A stretch of 64,000 nt of DNA from a virus (IMGVR_UViG_3300031902_000003:11824-75823), one strand, 5' to 3'; positions 9,866 to 18,946 are shown, counted from the stretch's first letter. A program made the numbers and translations. Notes: generated by a model not told the origin, from the sequence alone.

Positions 9866-10111
9866 ATGCTAAGCGATGTATTCAAGAAGAAAATCAACAT
9901 AGATGACGTTCTAAATAAGAATCTTCGCCAGGCGCTCGATGATATATCGAAGCAAGAAAACGTTCCAGTCGAGCAACTTAAGCTACTTGGTGGTAATCTC
10001 TTCCTCGATCTTGATGCAGATGGAAAGGGAGATCTTACCATCGTTCTTCCAGATGGCAGAGAATTCTTTTACTCTGCAGAAGAAGATACTGTGTACGAGC
10101 CTAACGAATAA
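9866..10111 (+). CDS. Hypothetical protein
   Basis: SD GAGGA upstream; packed operon. Confidence 0.65.
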   Translation: MLSDVFKKKINIDDVLNKNLRQALDDISKQENVPVEQLKLLGGNLFLDLDADGKGDLTIVLPDGREFFYSAEEDTVYEPNE

Positions 10112-10119
10112 GGATCGAA

Positions 10120-10500
10120 ATGAAAAAGACAATCAAGAAGCAAGACGGCTCAGAAGAAGTTATCGAGGGTTCTGCGGAAGAAATTGCAGACTATGAGAAG
10201 AAGATGCGTGGAGAGGTTCGAGAGGCACCAAAGCCAGTTGGCCCCGGACTCTTAACGGACGAGGTGAAGCGCTTTCTAGAGACACTCAGGGACACTCAAC
10301 AGCCATACGTGAGTGTGCCGTCTGTGTTTGCTTCACATCAACCATGGTGCGCAGCATTCACAAGTCCATGGTTTGGAATCACTCCTCCACCTTGTAACTG
10401 TGGAGCTGGCATTTACAAAACTCAGATAACTTTGACTACAACGTCTGGCACTCTTGATATGTCTAATCCAAATACAGTTATTAAATTCGATGGAAATTAA
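10120..10500 (+). CDS. Hypothetical protein
   Basis: SD AAGGA upstream; packed operon. Confidence 0.65.
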   Translation: MKKTIKKQDGSEEVIEGSAEEIADYEKKMRGEVREAPKPVGPGLLTDEVKRFLETLRDTQQPYVSVPSVFASHQPWCAAFTSPWFGITPPPCNCGAGIYKTQITLTTTSGTLDMSNPNTVIKFDGN

Positions 10501-10669
10501 TTCCACAAAGATTCCAAAGCCTCATGTGATAGAAGAAGTAGAGAAGCATCGAAAAGAAAAGGAACAAAGAATACCTGCTCCTCTTCACTTACCTCTTCCA
10601 TCATATGATTATCCGGAAAAGAAAGAACCAGAAAAGAAAGGCGACTCAGTTATTCTGATTCAATTGTAG
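10490..10669 (+). CDS. Hypothetical Pro-rich protein
   Basis: ATG overlaps the upstream gene end; start adjusted from the ORF track. Confidence 0.55.
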   Translation: MEINSTKIPKPHVIEEVEKHRKEKEQRIPAPLHLPLPSYDYPEKKEPEKKGDSVILIQL

Positions 10670-10672
10670 AAT

Positions 10673-10990
10673 ATGGCTCTCGATAAAGATAAGAACGTAA
10701 GAAGACTGGCATTTAGAATTCATTTGAACGATGAAAAGTTGTTCATGAAGCTTCTTGACGATGATAACATTACATACCAATTCTTCGCAGATGCATGTGC
10801 TCAAGCATATTTGCGAGGTGATAGATCAATTCTTAAAGTTCTAAAGGACTGGAAAGATCTCACGACAGTTCCAGTTGAACACAGAGAACTTTATACATTG
10901 TCGCATAGAGAACGTTCATTGATTCAAAAAGAACTTGATGAGATTCAAGCAGAACAAGATATCAAACCAAACAAAAAGAATGGAGAATAA
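10673..10990 (+). CDS. Hypothetical protein
   Basis: Packed operon ORF. Confidence 0.65.
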   Translation: MALDKDKNVRRLAFRIHLNDEKLFMKLLDDDNITYQFFADACAQAYLRGDRSILKVLKDWKDLTTVPVEHRELYTLSHRERSLIQKELDEIQAEQDIKPNKKNGE

Positions 10991-11272
10991 ATGGGTTCGC
11001 TAGATAGAAAGATTGAAAGAAACAGAATTCGTAATGAGTACAAGGAGTTCACCAAGCAATTCCAGATTGAGAAGAGATTCCAAACTGAGAGACTTGCAAA
11101 TGGAGAATCTCTTGGCAAGGATGAACAACGTCTTGGAACCAAGCCGAGCTTTAGCCAATTCATGAAGCGATTGAAGTCATTTGAACTCATGCAGAGAATA
11201 AACAAGAGCATTGCACAGAAGCAAAAGGTCGAGGATGATAAGAAGATCGATCTAGAATGGAAGGATGAATAG
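10991..11272 (+). CDS. Hypothetical basic protein
   Basis: SD GGAG upstream; abuts the previous stop. Confidence 0.65.
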   Translation: MGSLDRKIERNRIRNEYKEFTKQFQIEKRFQTERLANGESLGKDEQRLGTKPSFSQFMKRLKSFELMQRINKSIAQKQKVEDDKKIDLEWKDE

Positions 11273-11548
11273 ACCCAGGAGGCAACAAACAGTTGCTCAA
11301 AGAACCTCGTTTTCGTTTTACAACAGTTAAACAACCAGGTACATTCAAGTTCACTCTTAAAATAACAGAACTTAATACAGATCAGCCGATCAAGAAAAGA
11401 AAGACAAAGAAAGAAAAAAGGCGGATCAGAAAAATGTATAGACATCAAGAGGAAGAAGTAACTGAGAAGCATGACGAAGATAAAGCGGTTCGACCATCCT
11501 TTAGACAAGCTCCATCAAGTGGAAGCTTTAGAAAATAAGTGAGACAAA

Positions 11549-12178
11549 ATGAAGATTGTAGAGGCGTCAGCAGAGCTGCTGAGCATTACAGATATGCCTG
11601 CTGAACTGATAGAGAAGGCTGCAAGAGTTTGTTACAAGAGTGAGGAACAGATTGCTCCAGGTTCTGCAGACAGATTGATTAAGAGTTGTATGAACAAACA
11701 TCACATGTCTATCATTGAACATGGAGTTGCTTCATTTAGAATCATTTGTGATAGAGGTATCTCACATGAGATTGTTAGACATCGTATCGCAAGTTACTCA
11801 CAAGAGTCTACGAGATATTGTAACTACGGTAAGGATAAGTTTGGAAATGAGATCACTGTCGTTGAACCTCCTGGTCTTGACTGGGAAACATCTAGATCTC
11901 ATTGGGTGTCAGCGATGCTGAATGCAGAGACATCTTACTTTAAGTTGCTAGAGGCTGGCTGTACTCCACAGATTGCTCGTTCAGTTCTTCCAACATGTCT
12001 AAAGACAGAGTTGATTATGACAGCAAACTTTAGAGAGTGGAGACACTTTATCGATCTCAGAGAAGCCAAGACAGCTCACCCACAAATAAGACCATTAGCT
12101 ACGCAAATTAGAAAGATACTTATTGAGAGATGCCCAGCTGTATTCGGAGATCTGATAGGAGTTGAAAATGGGACTTGA
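11549..12178 (+). CDS. thyX: FAD-dependent thymidylate synthase
   Basis: ThyX signature RGISHEIVRHRIASYSQESTRY; EIARSVLP-like QIARSVLP and HFIDLR. Confidence 0.95.
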   Translation: MKIVEASAELLSITDMPAELIEKAARVCYKSEEQIAPGSADRLIKSCMNKHHMSIIEHGVASFRIICDRGISHEIVRHRIASYSQESTRYCNYGKDKFGNEITVVEPPGLDWETSRSHWVSAMLNAETSYFKLLEAGCTPQIARSVLPTCLKTELIMTANFREWRHFIDLREAKTAHPQIRPLATQIRKILIERCPAVFGDLIGVENGT

Positions 12179-12587
12179 GAAGGAAGAAGTTGCTAAGATA
12201 TCTTGGAAGCCTGAGAATGAAGTGAAGCCGACAGGATTGACTGGTGACCCAGAAATAGATTCATTTCTCCTAGATTGTTTCAAAACGATGGAAGTGAAAG
12301 GAAAAGACTACACGTTAGGAAATAATGACATAGATAGACTATACAATTTTAGGAAGGTTGGTGGATTTATTGGTCTCGATATGGCTAAGGTGTGGTCTGT
12401 TTATTTTTCTAAACATATTTTTGCCATTTTGAATTTTGTAAAAACAGACGGACAATCAGAGAGTGAACCAATAGAGGAAAGGATAAAGGATGCAGTTGTT
12501 TATCTTTTGCTTTTTTTGAAGATCACAAGAGAAATGAAAAATGAAGAAACATCTAATCTACGCTCTGACAGATCCGAGGACAAATGA
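12168..12587 (+). CDS. All-alpha NTP pyrophosphohydrolase-like (DUF1599 / nucleotide-modification-associated type)
   Basis: KGKDY...LYNFR, SKHIFAI and EERIKDAVVYLLL pattern; next to thyX. Confidence 0.55.
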   Translation: MGLEKEEVAKISWKPENEVKPTGLTGDPEIDSFLLDCFKTMEVKGKDYTLGNNDIDRLYNFRKVGGFIGLDMAKVWSVYFSKHIFAILNFVKTDGQSESEPIEERIKDAVVYLLLFLKITREMKNEETSNLRSDRSEDK

Positions 12588-12792
12588 AATAAGATACGTG
12601 GGAAGATCAAGCAGCGGTTTGTCTAGACCAAATGCTAAACACTCTGGACATTGTGGTAACTGGGTAAAGAATCCGCAATCTAATGGTTATAAGCCAAGCG
12701 TTAAAATTATTCAACAATTTGATTCGTATAGAAGAGAAAATATTGCTCAGATAAAAGGAATTCTTAAATTACCATTCTCGTCATCTCCGTGA
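12541..12792 (+). pseudogene. Truncated GIY-YIG homing endonuclease remnant
   Basis: LIYALTDPRTNEIRYVGRSSSGLSRP is clearly paralogous to the 1133 protein; stops after 83 aa without the catalytic Glu helix or DNA-binding repeats. Confidence 0.7.
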
Positions 12793-12807
12793 TATAATAG
12801 GAACAAT

Positions 12808-13251
12808 ATGAAAAAGAGATCTATCAAAGAATACTTGGAATCAAGAGCTGAAAAGCAAAAGTTTGCTATCTCTGAGTTCGAAAGAACCTTGATTGTATAC
12901 AACATTCCAATGCCTCCTTGCTATTCTGGAGTGGGACCAGGTTGGCTTCCAGTTGTGTCTGAGATGTTTCAGAAGATGATTGCTGCTGGGTGGGACAGGA
13001 AGTTGGAACAAATCAAAGAGAAGTTCTGTCAACTCAGAGTCTATACTTCACAGAGTCAGTATGAGATGAAGGATGGAAAATTTGTCAAAGAAGGTGAGTT
13101 CATTAAGATAAACAAACTTGGTGAGATCATTGATGAGGCAGTAAAGAAGTGTGACGAGCTATGTGAAGATTGTGGCAAGGAAAGAGAGTTGAAGGGTTGC
13201 AGAACAGGGGCTGCATGGTGTAATGCTTGTTTGAAAGATGGTTATAAATGA
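12808..13251 (+). CDS. Hypothetical phage protein with C-terminal Cys motif
   Basis: GWxxxV...QIKEKFCQLRVY...CEDCG...WCNAC. Confidence 0.7.
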   Translation: MKKRSIKEYLESRAEKQKFAISEFERTLIVYNIPMPPCYSGVGPGWLPVVSEMFQKMIAAGWDRKLEQIKEKFCQLRVYTSQSQYEMKDGKFVKEGEFIKINKLGEIIDEAVKKCDELCEDCGKERELKGCRTGAAWCNACLKDGYK

Positions 13252-13805
13252 GACTCATTGTAGATCAAGATGAAATTTTGTGCAGGTGGGTCGATAGAAT
13301 TCTCGAATGGTATAACGAGGATTATAAGACTGAGTTTACAAGACATGATGTAAAGAATTATTGGGACATGGAGAACATTCTAGGTCCACAGGGAAAACCG
13401 TTCATCAGGTCTTGTATTCGTTATCCAGAACTTTATAGGGATCTTAATGAGGTTTCTGGAGCAGTCAAGGGCATGATGAAGCTCAAGGATCTTGGTCATG
13501 ACGTGATCATCGCCACCGCTGTTCCGCATCACGGTGGATTTGCGTACCATGGAAAACTTGAATGGCTAAGAAGAAACATGCCAGGGTTTCCTCTGAATAA
13601 CTTTGTAGCAATTCAGAGGAAGGATCTTCTCAATGGAGATCTTCTTCTTGATGATGGTCCTCATAACATTGAAGCATGGAACAAGACTGGAAGGACGTCT
13701 GTTGTATTTGATGCACCGTGGAACAAGGAATGCAAGGCTACGCATAGAGTAAGAAACTGGGAAGAATTTGTTAACCTTGTTGAAACACTTAGTGAAAAGA
13801 AGTAG
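13248..13805 (+). CDS. 5'(3')-deoxyribonucleotidase, HAD family
   Basis: IVDQDEIL motif I, IIATA, KLEWLRR and LLLDDGPHN motif IV. Confidence 0.85.
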   Translation: MRLIVDQDEILCRWVDRILEWYNEDYKTEFTRHDVKNYWDMENILGPQGKPFIRSCIRYPELYRDLNEVSGAVKGMMKLKDLGHDVIIATAVPHHGGFAYHGKLEWLRRNMPGFPLNNFVAIQRKDLLNGDLLLDDGPHNIEAWNKTGRTSVVFDAPWNKECKATHRVRNWEEFVNLVETLSEKK

Positions 13806-13838
13806 TATTTATCTGAGGCAATCAAGCCTAGAAAAGGA

Positions 13839-14123
13839 ATGGACAAAATGGCGAAGACAGTTACCAAGACGGAGAAGTTGCTGAGGCAGTTGAAGAAGAC
13901 GAAGAATGGTATGACGAGGAAGGAGATGGTCACGTTCCTTCTCAGTCTAAGTCACAATGCGTATAGTGCTAGTTTGAATGACAATCGAAACTATAACTCT
14001 ACGCTTTATGGGACCAGCGCTCGAACTGGTATTCTTGAGAAGTTCTGTAAGAAGACCGGCGAAGGTACGTATGTTCTTCGTAAGTCTGCGAAGATTGAAG
14101 GTCCGTTCACCGAAGCTCGTTAA
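13839..14123 (+). CDS. Hypothetical basic protein, possibly DNA-binding
   Basis: SD AAGGA; Lys/Thr-rich 94 aa. Confidence 0.65.
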   Translation: MDKMAKTVTKTEKLLRQLKKTKNGMTRKEMVTFLLSLSHNAYSASLNDNRNYNSTLYGTSARTGILEKFCKKTGEGTYVLRKSAKIEGPFTEAR

Positions 14124-14132
14124 TAGCTTAAA

Positions 14133-14151
14133 GAGGCGGTAGCTCCGCCTC
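14133..14151 (+). terminator. Probable intrinsic terminator hairpin
   Basis: GAGGCGG-TAGCT-CCGCCTC 7-bp stem just after a stop; weak U-tract. Confidence 0.5.
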
Positions 14152-14158
14152 AACCTTT

Positions 14159-14503
14159 ATGACACCTCCCTTTATCTCAAAAGATCTATTAGATGAAAAG
14201 ATCCTCGCAAAAGAACTCTATAATTACTGGATGTCATTGCTGAAGACAGATAAGGCAGAGGGTGTAGATGCAACGATGTCTTGGGATTCACTCGACGACC
14301 CGTTCAGACAGGACTTTGAAGAAGCTGTGCGAACAGTCATCGTGATAGACTTGAAAGACTACGTCCAAGATGTAGAGAAGAATGGCAAGTTTGAAGATCC
14401 TAATACACCAAAGCATTTTCCTTGCTATATATGTTCTGGAGTGGCTGTACAGTATGCTGGTGGTGTATGCAACAACTGTGCCTTTAATCATCTAGGAGAT
14501 TAG
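14159..14503 (+). CDS. Hypothetical protein with C-terminal CxxC-CxxC
   Basis: CYIC...CNNC. Confidence 0.65.
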   Translation: MTPPFISKDLLDEKILAKELYNYWMSLLKTDKAEGVDATMSWDSLDDPFRQDFEEAVRTVIVIDLKDYVQDVEKNGKFEDPNTPKHFPCYICSGVAVQYAGGVCNNCAFNHLGD

Positions 14504-14505
14504 AT

Positions 14506-14784
14506 ATGGAAGAAGAAGTTAAGAAGCCGGTCAATATCCCTAGAACATTCTGGTCTAAAGCATACCTCAAAGAACTAGATCTTGGAGTCTTTGGTTTGTT
14601 TAGAGATTGGTTGGTTGAAGGAACAGATCCTAAGACAGGAGAGAAGACAAAGGAGAAGATGGGTAAGCCTGTCGGACCTATTAAGGTCCTTCGAGAGGCC
14701 AAACAGGGTGAAGAAAAAGAGGTAGTGTTAAGAACCTTCCACCCAACTGAAAATCGTCCTATCGACCTCGTAGAGGTTCAGTGA
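14506..14784 (+). CDS. Hypothetical protein
   Basis: SD AGGAG; packed operon. Confidence 0.65.
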   Translation: MEEEVKKPVNIPRTFWSKAYLKELDLGVFGLFRDWLVEGTDPKTGEKTKEKMGKPVGPIKVLREAKQGEEKEVVLRTFHPTENRPIDLVEVQ

Positions 14785-15113
14785 GGCAAAGAGTGAGGCT
14801 TGCAAAGAGGCCACAGAGAGTAGACGTGTTCCTCGCCACAAGCCTGTACTTCCTGAACGTTATAGATACATTCCTTACATTGTACGTCGTGCGTGTCGCA
14901 GGCACGTCTATGGAAATGAATCCATTTCTTCATTTTCTATTTACGTTCGGTGAGATCCCATTCCTTCTTACAAAGCTTGTAGGTGGATTGCTTCTTACTC
15001 TTATTCTTCTATTCTATCCACTTCCTAGAAGATATAGCATGGGATTGGTTGTAGCTACTATTGTTTACTTCTGCTTTACGTCCTATCATCTATGGGGAGT
15101 GATCAATGGATGA
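14781..15113 (+). CDS. Membrane protein, DUF5658-like
   Basis: LNVIDTFLT...EMNPFL pattern and three hydrophobic helices. Confidence 0.6.
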   Translation: MRQRVRLAKRPQRVDVFLATSLYFLNVIDTFLTLYVVRVAGTSMEMNPFLHFLFTFGEIPFLLTKLVGGLLLTLILLFYPLPRRYSMGLVVATIVYFCFTSYHLWGVING

Positions 15114-15387
15114 AGAGAAGTGCAAGCACGAGAAGTACACGACAACACACAAGATGGTCGTTGTTAAATTGCCAGAACTAGAATCGTGGCAAATGATATT
15201 GAAAGTAAAGATTACTTGTGCTATCTGCAAGAAGCCATTTACTTTCAGAGCAAGACATGGATTCTCTACTCGTGAACCAGTTATCAGCAATGATGAAGCT
15301 GAGCTTAGAGTTCCTATAGATTATCCTAAGGAAGAAGGAGAGGACGATTATATACCTCCTCTACCTGTAACTGATTTACTCCACTAA
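15106..15387 (+). CDS. Hypothetical zinc-binding protein
   Basis: CKH...CAIC. Confidence 0.6.
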   Translation: MDEEKCKHEKYTTTHKMVVVKLPELESWQMILKVKITCAICKKPFTFRARHGFSTREPVISNDEAELRVPIDYPKEEGEDDYIPPLPVTDLLH

Positions 15388-15397
15388 CAAATTGTGA

Positions 15398-15403
15398 TAT
15401 AAT
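15398..15403 (+). promoter_or_regulatory. Extended -10 promoter, leaderless start at 15410
   Basis: TGA-TATAAT followed by ATG exactly 6 nt later. Confidence 0.6.
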
Positions 15404-15409
15404 ATTAGT

Positions 15410-15697
15410 ATGCCGACGTTTGACGAAAACGATATAGACATTGTCATGGGATCATTTGATGATATGATCATCAAGGAAGAGTCTCATGAACTTGACGTCG
15501 CTATCTCCAAATGTCCTATGTGTGGAGAGAGTCTTAATGAAAAAGAGTGGTATGCATTAAAGGTGGAAGATTCAGAGCTTGGAAACGTTCTTTGGGATAT
15601 GTGCTCGATGTTCTGCTCAGTTTCATTCTTTAATCGGAAATATAGGAACGTGAGCAAGCTCTCTTCTTCTATTAAAAAAATGAGTGCTCCTAAGTGA
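15410..15697 (+). CDS. Hypothetical protein with CPMC motif
   Basis: ORF directly behind promoter. Confidence 0.6.
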   Translation: MPTFDENDIDIVMGSFDDMIIKEESHELDVAISKCPMCGESLNEKEWYALKVEDSELGNVLWDMCSMFCSVSFFNRKYRNVSKLSSSIKKMSAPK

Positions 15698-15747
15698 TTG
15701 ATTCAATTTCAATTTTTAAAAAAGTTCATATCGGTGGAAGAAAATGT

Positions 15748-15776
15748 TTCACTTCTTGTAAGACAGTGGTTATAAT
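15748..15776 (+). promoter_or_regulatory. Phage early sigma70-type promoter
   Basis: TTCACT-17 bp-TATAAT followed by GGTTTCACAAT. Confidence 0.7.
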
Positions 15777-15852
15777 GGTTTCACAATGATGGAAAACGCC
15801 ACCATCAAAAAAGAAGTGGCACTAACCGAAGTTCAAACAATGGAGAAACAAA

Positions 15853-16308
15853 ATGACTGAGACTACCAACACTGAGATGACTGAGAAGTTGATGGCGGCT
15901 GGTGAGAAGGCGGAGACCCAGAAGCAGGCTCGCCGGGAGCGAGTTGTTAAGGGGGCTCACCTTCTTCCCCAGCTGAAGGACCTTGCCACTGCGGCTGGCC
16001 TCAATGTCGAGGAGAAGAGCGGCTTCCTGAAGGTTTCTGCCGGTGTAAAGGGCAAGAACGTTTACCTCGCTAAGAAGGGTGGCCGCGTTGATTTGAGCGG
16101 CTTCTCCGTCGAAGCGGCTGCTATCCGTCAGATTTCCGAGCAGGAGGCTCGGGAGAAGCACCTCGGCAAGGTTCGTGGTCAGCTTGACTTCAACCAGTCT
16201 GATGAGCAGGTCCTTGAGGCTTTCACTGCGGCTCTTAAGGAGGTTGCGGTCCGGGCTGAGCCGGCCGAGCCTCTCACCGCTGGTGCTGAGACCGCCGAGG
16301 AAGAGTGA
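15853..16308 (+). CDS. Uncharacterised early protein, paralog 1 of the SGFxKV/RxDLSG family
   Basis: KSGFLKV..KGKNVYLA..RVDLSGF shared with 47020-47547 and 50047-50562; GC-rich codon usage. Confidence 0.75.
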   Translation: MTETTNTEMTEKLMAAGEKAETQKQARRERVVKGAHLLPQLKDLATAAGLNVEEKSGFLKVSAGVKGKNVYLAKKGGRVDLSGFSVEAAAIRQISEQEAREKHLGKVRGQLDFNQSDEQVLEAFTAALKEVAVRAEPAEPLTAGAETAEEE

Positions 16309-16325
16309 ATTAAGAGGTTGCTGTG

Positions 16326-16378
16326 ATGGTGCTCAGGGTTCGGTCCTGACAGACTGTGAAAGCCAGTCCACCATTTTT
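16326..16378 (+). other. Three-way-junction RNA element or branched terminator abutting the tRNA-Lys-like gene
   Basis: ATGGTG/CACCAT closing stem, TCAGG/CCTGA and GACTG/CAGTC hairpins, then TTTT. Confidence 0.45.
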
Positions 16379-16477
16379 GAGTGATCGTATAGCATACTGT
16401 CGGCAGATAGGATGCGTGATGGATAATACTGGTGGCTTTTAACCACTAAATATGAGGTTCGAGCCCTCATTCACTCT
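16379..16477 (+). tRNA. Atypical tRNA-Lys(UUU) with an enlarged (35-nt) D-loop
   Basis: Acceptor GAGTGA/TCACTC, D stem GTAT/ATAC, anticodon arm GGTGG-CTTTTAA-CCACT, T arm ATGAGG-TTCGAGC-CCTCAT. Confidence 0.7.
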
Positions 16478-16491
16478 CTTGGAGGAAGTCA

Positions 16492-16782
16492 ATGAAACCT
16501 AGTAACGAACTCACTCCGGGCGACGCCGCCTGGCTTTTTACGAAGGTTCTTCTGTTTCTTTTTCTTAGTGGCACAGCAATCATGTGTGTTGTTGCAACTG
16601 GAATCTTTGTCGGCGTAGACGCCTATCTCTCTACCAATTCACACACAATTGGAGTTGCATGTGCATTCTGTGTTTGGCTAGCCGGAATGGCTGGTCGTGA
16701 GTGGTTTCATGTTCTTCTTGCTAGACTCTTCTTCTCTATTTCAGATGAGAAGGAAATTGACCGTGTTAGCCGAGGTGAATAA
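16492..16782 (+). CDS. Membrane protein (2 TM)
   Basis: SD GGAGG; two hydrophobic helices. Confidence 0.65.
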   Translation: MKPSNELTPGDAAWLFTKVLLFLFLSGTAIMCVVATGIFVGVDAYLSTNSHTIGVACAFCVWLAGMAGREWFHVLLARLFFSISDEKEIDRVSRGE

Positions 16783-17051
16783 TGGGTGTTGAATTCTACC
16801 CTTGCAAGTCTTGTGGTGAAGTGTTTTGTGATGCTGGAGAATATGCACAGTGTGATTGTGGGTGCGCATTTTGCTCAAAGAAATGTGGTGGTGTTCTTCG
16901 AGATAAGAACGGCGATTGGTCCTGTGCCTTTTGTCGAGGTGAATCAGTTGGCAACTTTGAGCTTGTTGAACATGCTCTTGTTCTTCTTGGTATGTCGTGG
17001 GACCAGCTTAAAGAATCTTATTTGAAGACTCTCGTAAAGGAAAAGCCTTGA
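16782..17051 (+). CDS. Cys-rich zinc-finger protein
   Basis: CKSC, CDCGCAFCSKKC and CAFC. Confidence 0.65.
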   Translation: MGVEFYPCKSCGEVFCDAGEYAQCDCGCAFCSKKCGGVLRDKNGDWSCAFCRGESVGNFELVEHALVLLGMSWDQLKESYLKTLVKEKP

Positions 17052-18283
17052 ACATTGATATCATGGAGAAGGTCGCAGCTGTTGGTTCTCGTCTAGAGAA
17101 AGAAAGACTTCTCGCTCAGCTCGATAAGGAGAGCATCAAGTTTCTTGTCTGGGCGCTCGACCCAATTATCACGTTTGGCGTGACATCAGACTTCAAGAAC
17201 CCTCCGTATGATGGGACTGCCACTCTTCCTCACGATTACTTCTGGGAAGCAATGGATCGTCTTCTTATGGATCTTTCTAAGAGAAAGTTTACTGGCAATG
17301 CAGCTCAGACAAAGATCGAAGTTACATTGCTTCATGCTCCAACTGATCTTGATTTTATCTGGGCTCAGAGGATTATAAACAAGGATCTTCGAGCCGGCTT
17401 CTCAGAGTCTACATTAAACAATGTATTCCCTGGAACCATTGAACCTTTTGCATGTTCATTGGCTAAGCCGTACGATCCTGACAAACATGAACTCAAGGGG
17501 GCCTGGTGTGTCGAACCGAAGCTCGATGGCTTGAGGATGGTGGTATTGGATGGCGTTGCCTACACGAGGAACGGCAGGACTATAGAGACCGTGGGGCACA
17601 TTCTCAAGGATCTTGAAGAGTTTAAGAATGAATATGTCTTCGATGGTGAAATCATGGGTAAGACAGAGTTCAATGAAGACTCTGGTAAGATTCGCAAGAA
17701 GGGAACCGGAGAGAACAAGGATCTTGTTTACAATGTCTTCGACTGCATTCGAAGAGATGAATGGCTTTCCAAGAAGACCAGAAGTCTTGATGATAGGAAG
17801 TCAGACCTTCTCCGCGCGATTGGCTTGAAAGGTATCGGAGAAAACATCAAGCTTGTTGATCACGTTATTATTGACGATGCCACGACAGAGGAACTCTTTA
17901 AAGCTCGTGATAAGTTTATCAAGAAGGGATACGAAGGAGCGATGGTCAAGCAACTCTCTTCGCCATATGTCTTCAAGCGTTCAGACTCTCTTCTGAAGTT
18001 GAAGACTGTTCTTGATGCAGACGGAGTCATCGTCTCTGCATTCGAGGGTAAGGGAAGACTTAAGGGAAAGCTCGGTGGGTTCTCTGTAAACTTTGATGGA
18101 GTTGTTACAGATGTTGGCTCTGGGTTCTCAGATGCGACTCGAGCAGAATTCTGGGCAGATAGAAAAGAAATGATCGGTAGAGTTATTGAAGTCAAGTATC
18201 AGGAGAAGGCTCCATCTGGAGCTCTTAGGTTTCCTGTCTATATCAAAATGCGCCCGGACCGGGACGAAAGGAAGAACGTATGA
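17048..18283 (+). CDS. ATP-dependent DNA ligase
   Basis: Motif I EPKLDGLR, FDGEI, VFDCI, YEGAMVK, LLKLK; OB-fold VGSGFS and LRFPVY; TTG start. Confidence 0.95.
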   Translation: MNIDIMEKVAAVGSRLEKERLLAQLDKESIKFLVWALDPIITFGVTSDFKNPPYDGTATLPHDYFWEAMDRLLMDLSKRKFTGNAAQTKIEVTLLHAPTDLDFIWAQRIINKDLRAGFSESTLNNVFPGTIEPFACSLAKPYDPDKHELKGAWCVEPKLDGLRMVVLDGVAYTRNGRTIETVGHILKDLEEFKNEYVFDGEIMGKTEFNEDSGKIRKKGTGENKDLVYNVFDCIRRDEWLSKKTRSLDDRKSDLLRAIGLKGIGENIKLVDHVIIDDATTEELFKARDKFIKKGYEGAMVKQLSSPYVFKRSDSLLKLKTVLDADGVIVSAFEGKGRLKGKLGGFSVNFDGVVTDVGSGFSDATRAEFWADRKEMIGRVIEVKYQEKAPSGALRFPVYIKMRPDRDERKNV

Positions 18284-18624
18284 CTAGTCAAGAGAAGACG
18301 AACGCAATCAACGAGATGCTTGGTTATATGGGTCGTATGATTTCTGGATCCAAGGTCGCCCCTAAGGGACAGCGAGTCTTTTGGAATGGAAATATCTTTG
18401 ACTCTTCTGCCAACAAGATTTGGTACGGCGACATCAATTTCACCAGGGATGCTGGTAAGCTCCAAAAGATCGCCTCTGCTCTTAATGAGAAGATTTATGT
18501 CACCACAGAGAGCCCATATCGATTCATGGGTGCATTTGGTAACACTGAAAATATCACTGCAGAGAAACTTGAGAATGATGCTCTGGAGAAAGATTATCCT
18601 CGAGTCATCATCTTTACTCCATGA
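18280..18624 (+). CDS. Hypothetical protein
   Basis: ATGA overlap with the ligase stop. Confidence 0.65.
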   Translation: MTSQEKTNAINEMLGYMGRMISGSKVAPKGQRVFWNGNIFDSSANKIWYGDINFTRDAGKLQKIASALNEKIYVTTESPYRFMGAFGNTENITAEKLENDALEKDYPRVIIFTP

Positions 18625-18699
18625 AGAAGCTAATCAACATCATCTTTGTTATTGCTGCAAGAACTGATAGGTTCATTAGAACCGTGAGGAGATTTTACA

Positions 18700-18909
18700 A
18701 TGAAAGACATTCTCGGTAACACGATTAAAATTGGCGACTTTGTTGCCTGGCCATCTAGAAGGTCTTCAACTCTTGAGATGCATTACGGAAGAGTTATTAG
18801 TGCAGAGCATGGTAGGGTAACAATTCTTGCTAAGAAATATCTTGGACAGCTATATGTTGAAATGTGGACAGAACATCTCGAGAGAGTTGTGAGGGTGAAG
18901 GAAGTCTAA
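18700..18909 (+). CDS. Small SH3/KOW-like protein
   Basis: KDILGNTIKIGDFVAW pattern; SD GAGGAG. Confidence 0.6.
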   Translation: MKDILGNTIKIGDFVAWPSRRSSTLEMHYGRVISAEHGRVTILAKKYLGQLYVEMWTEHLERVVRVKEV

Positions 18910-18911
18910 GG

Positions 18912-18940
18912 TTTACTTCTAGTTTTAGACATGTTATAAT
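18912..18940 (+). promoter_or_regulatory. Phage early promoter, leaderless start at 18947
   Basis: TTTACT-17 bp-TATAAT; ATG 6 nt downstream. Confidence 0.75.
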
Positions 18941-18946
18941 TCTTTC

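Noticed and set aside
16345-16368. Hammerhead ribozyme (CTGA...GAAA)
   Set aside because: The core does not match CUGANGA and GAAA lies in a hairpin loop rather than in the junction.
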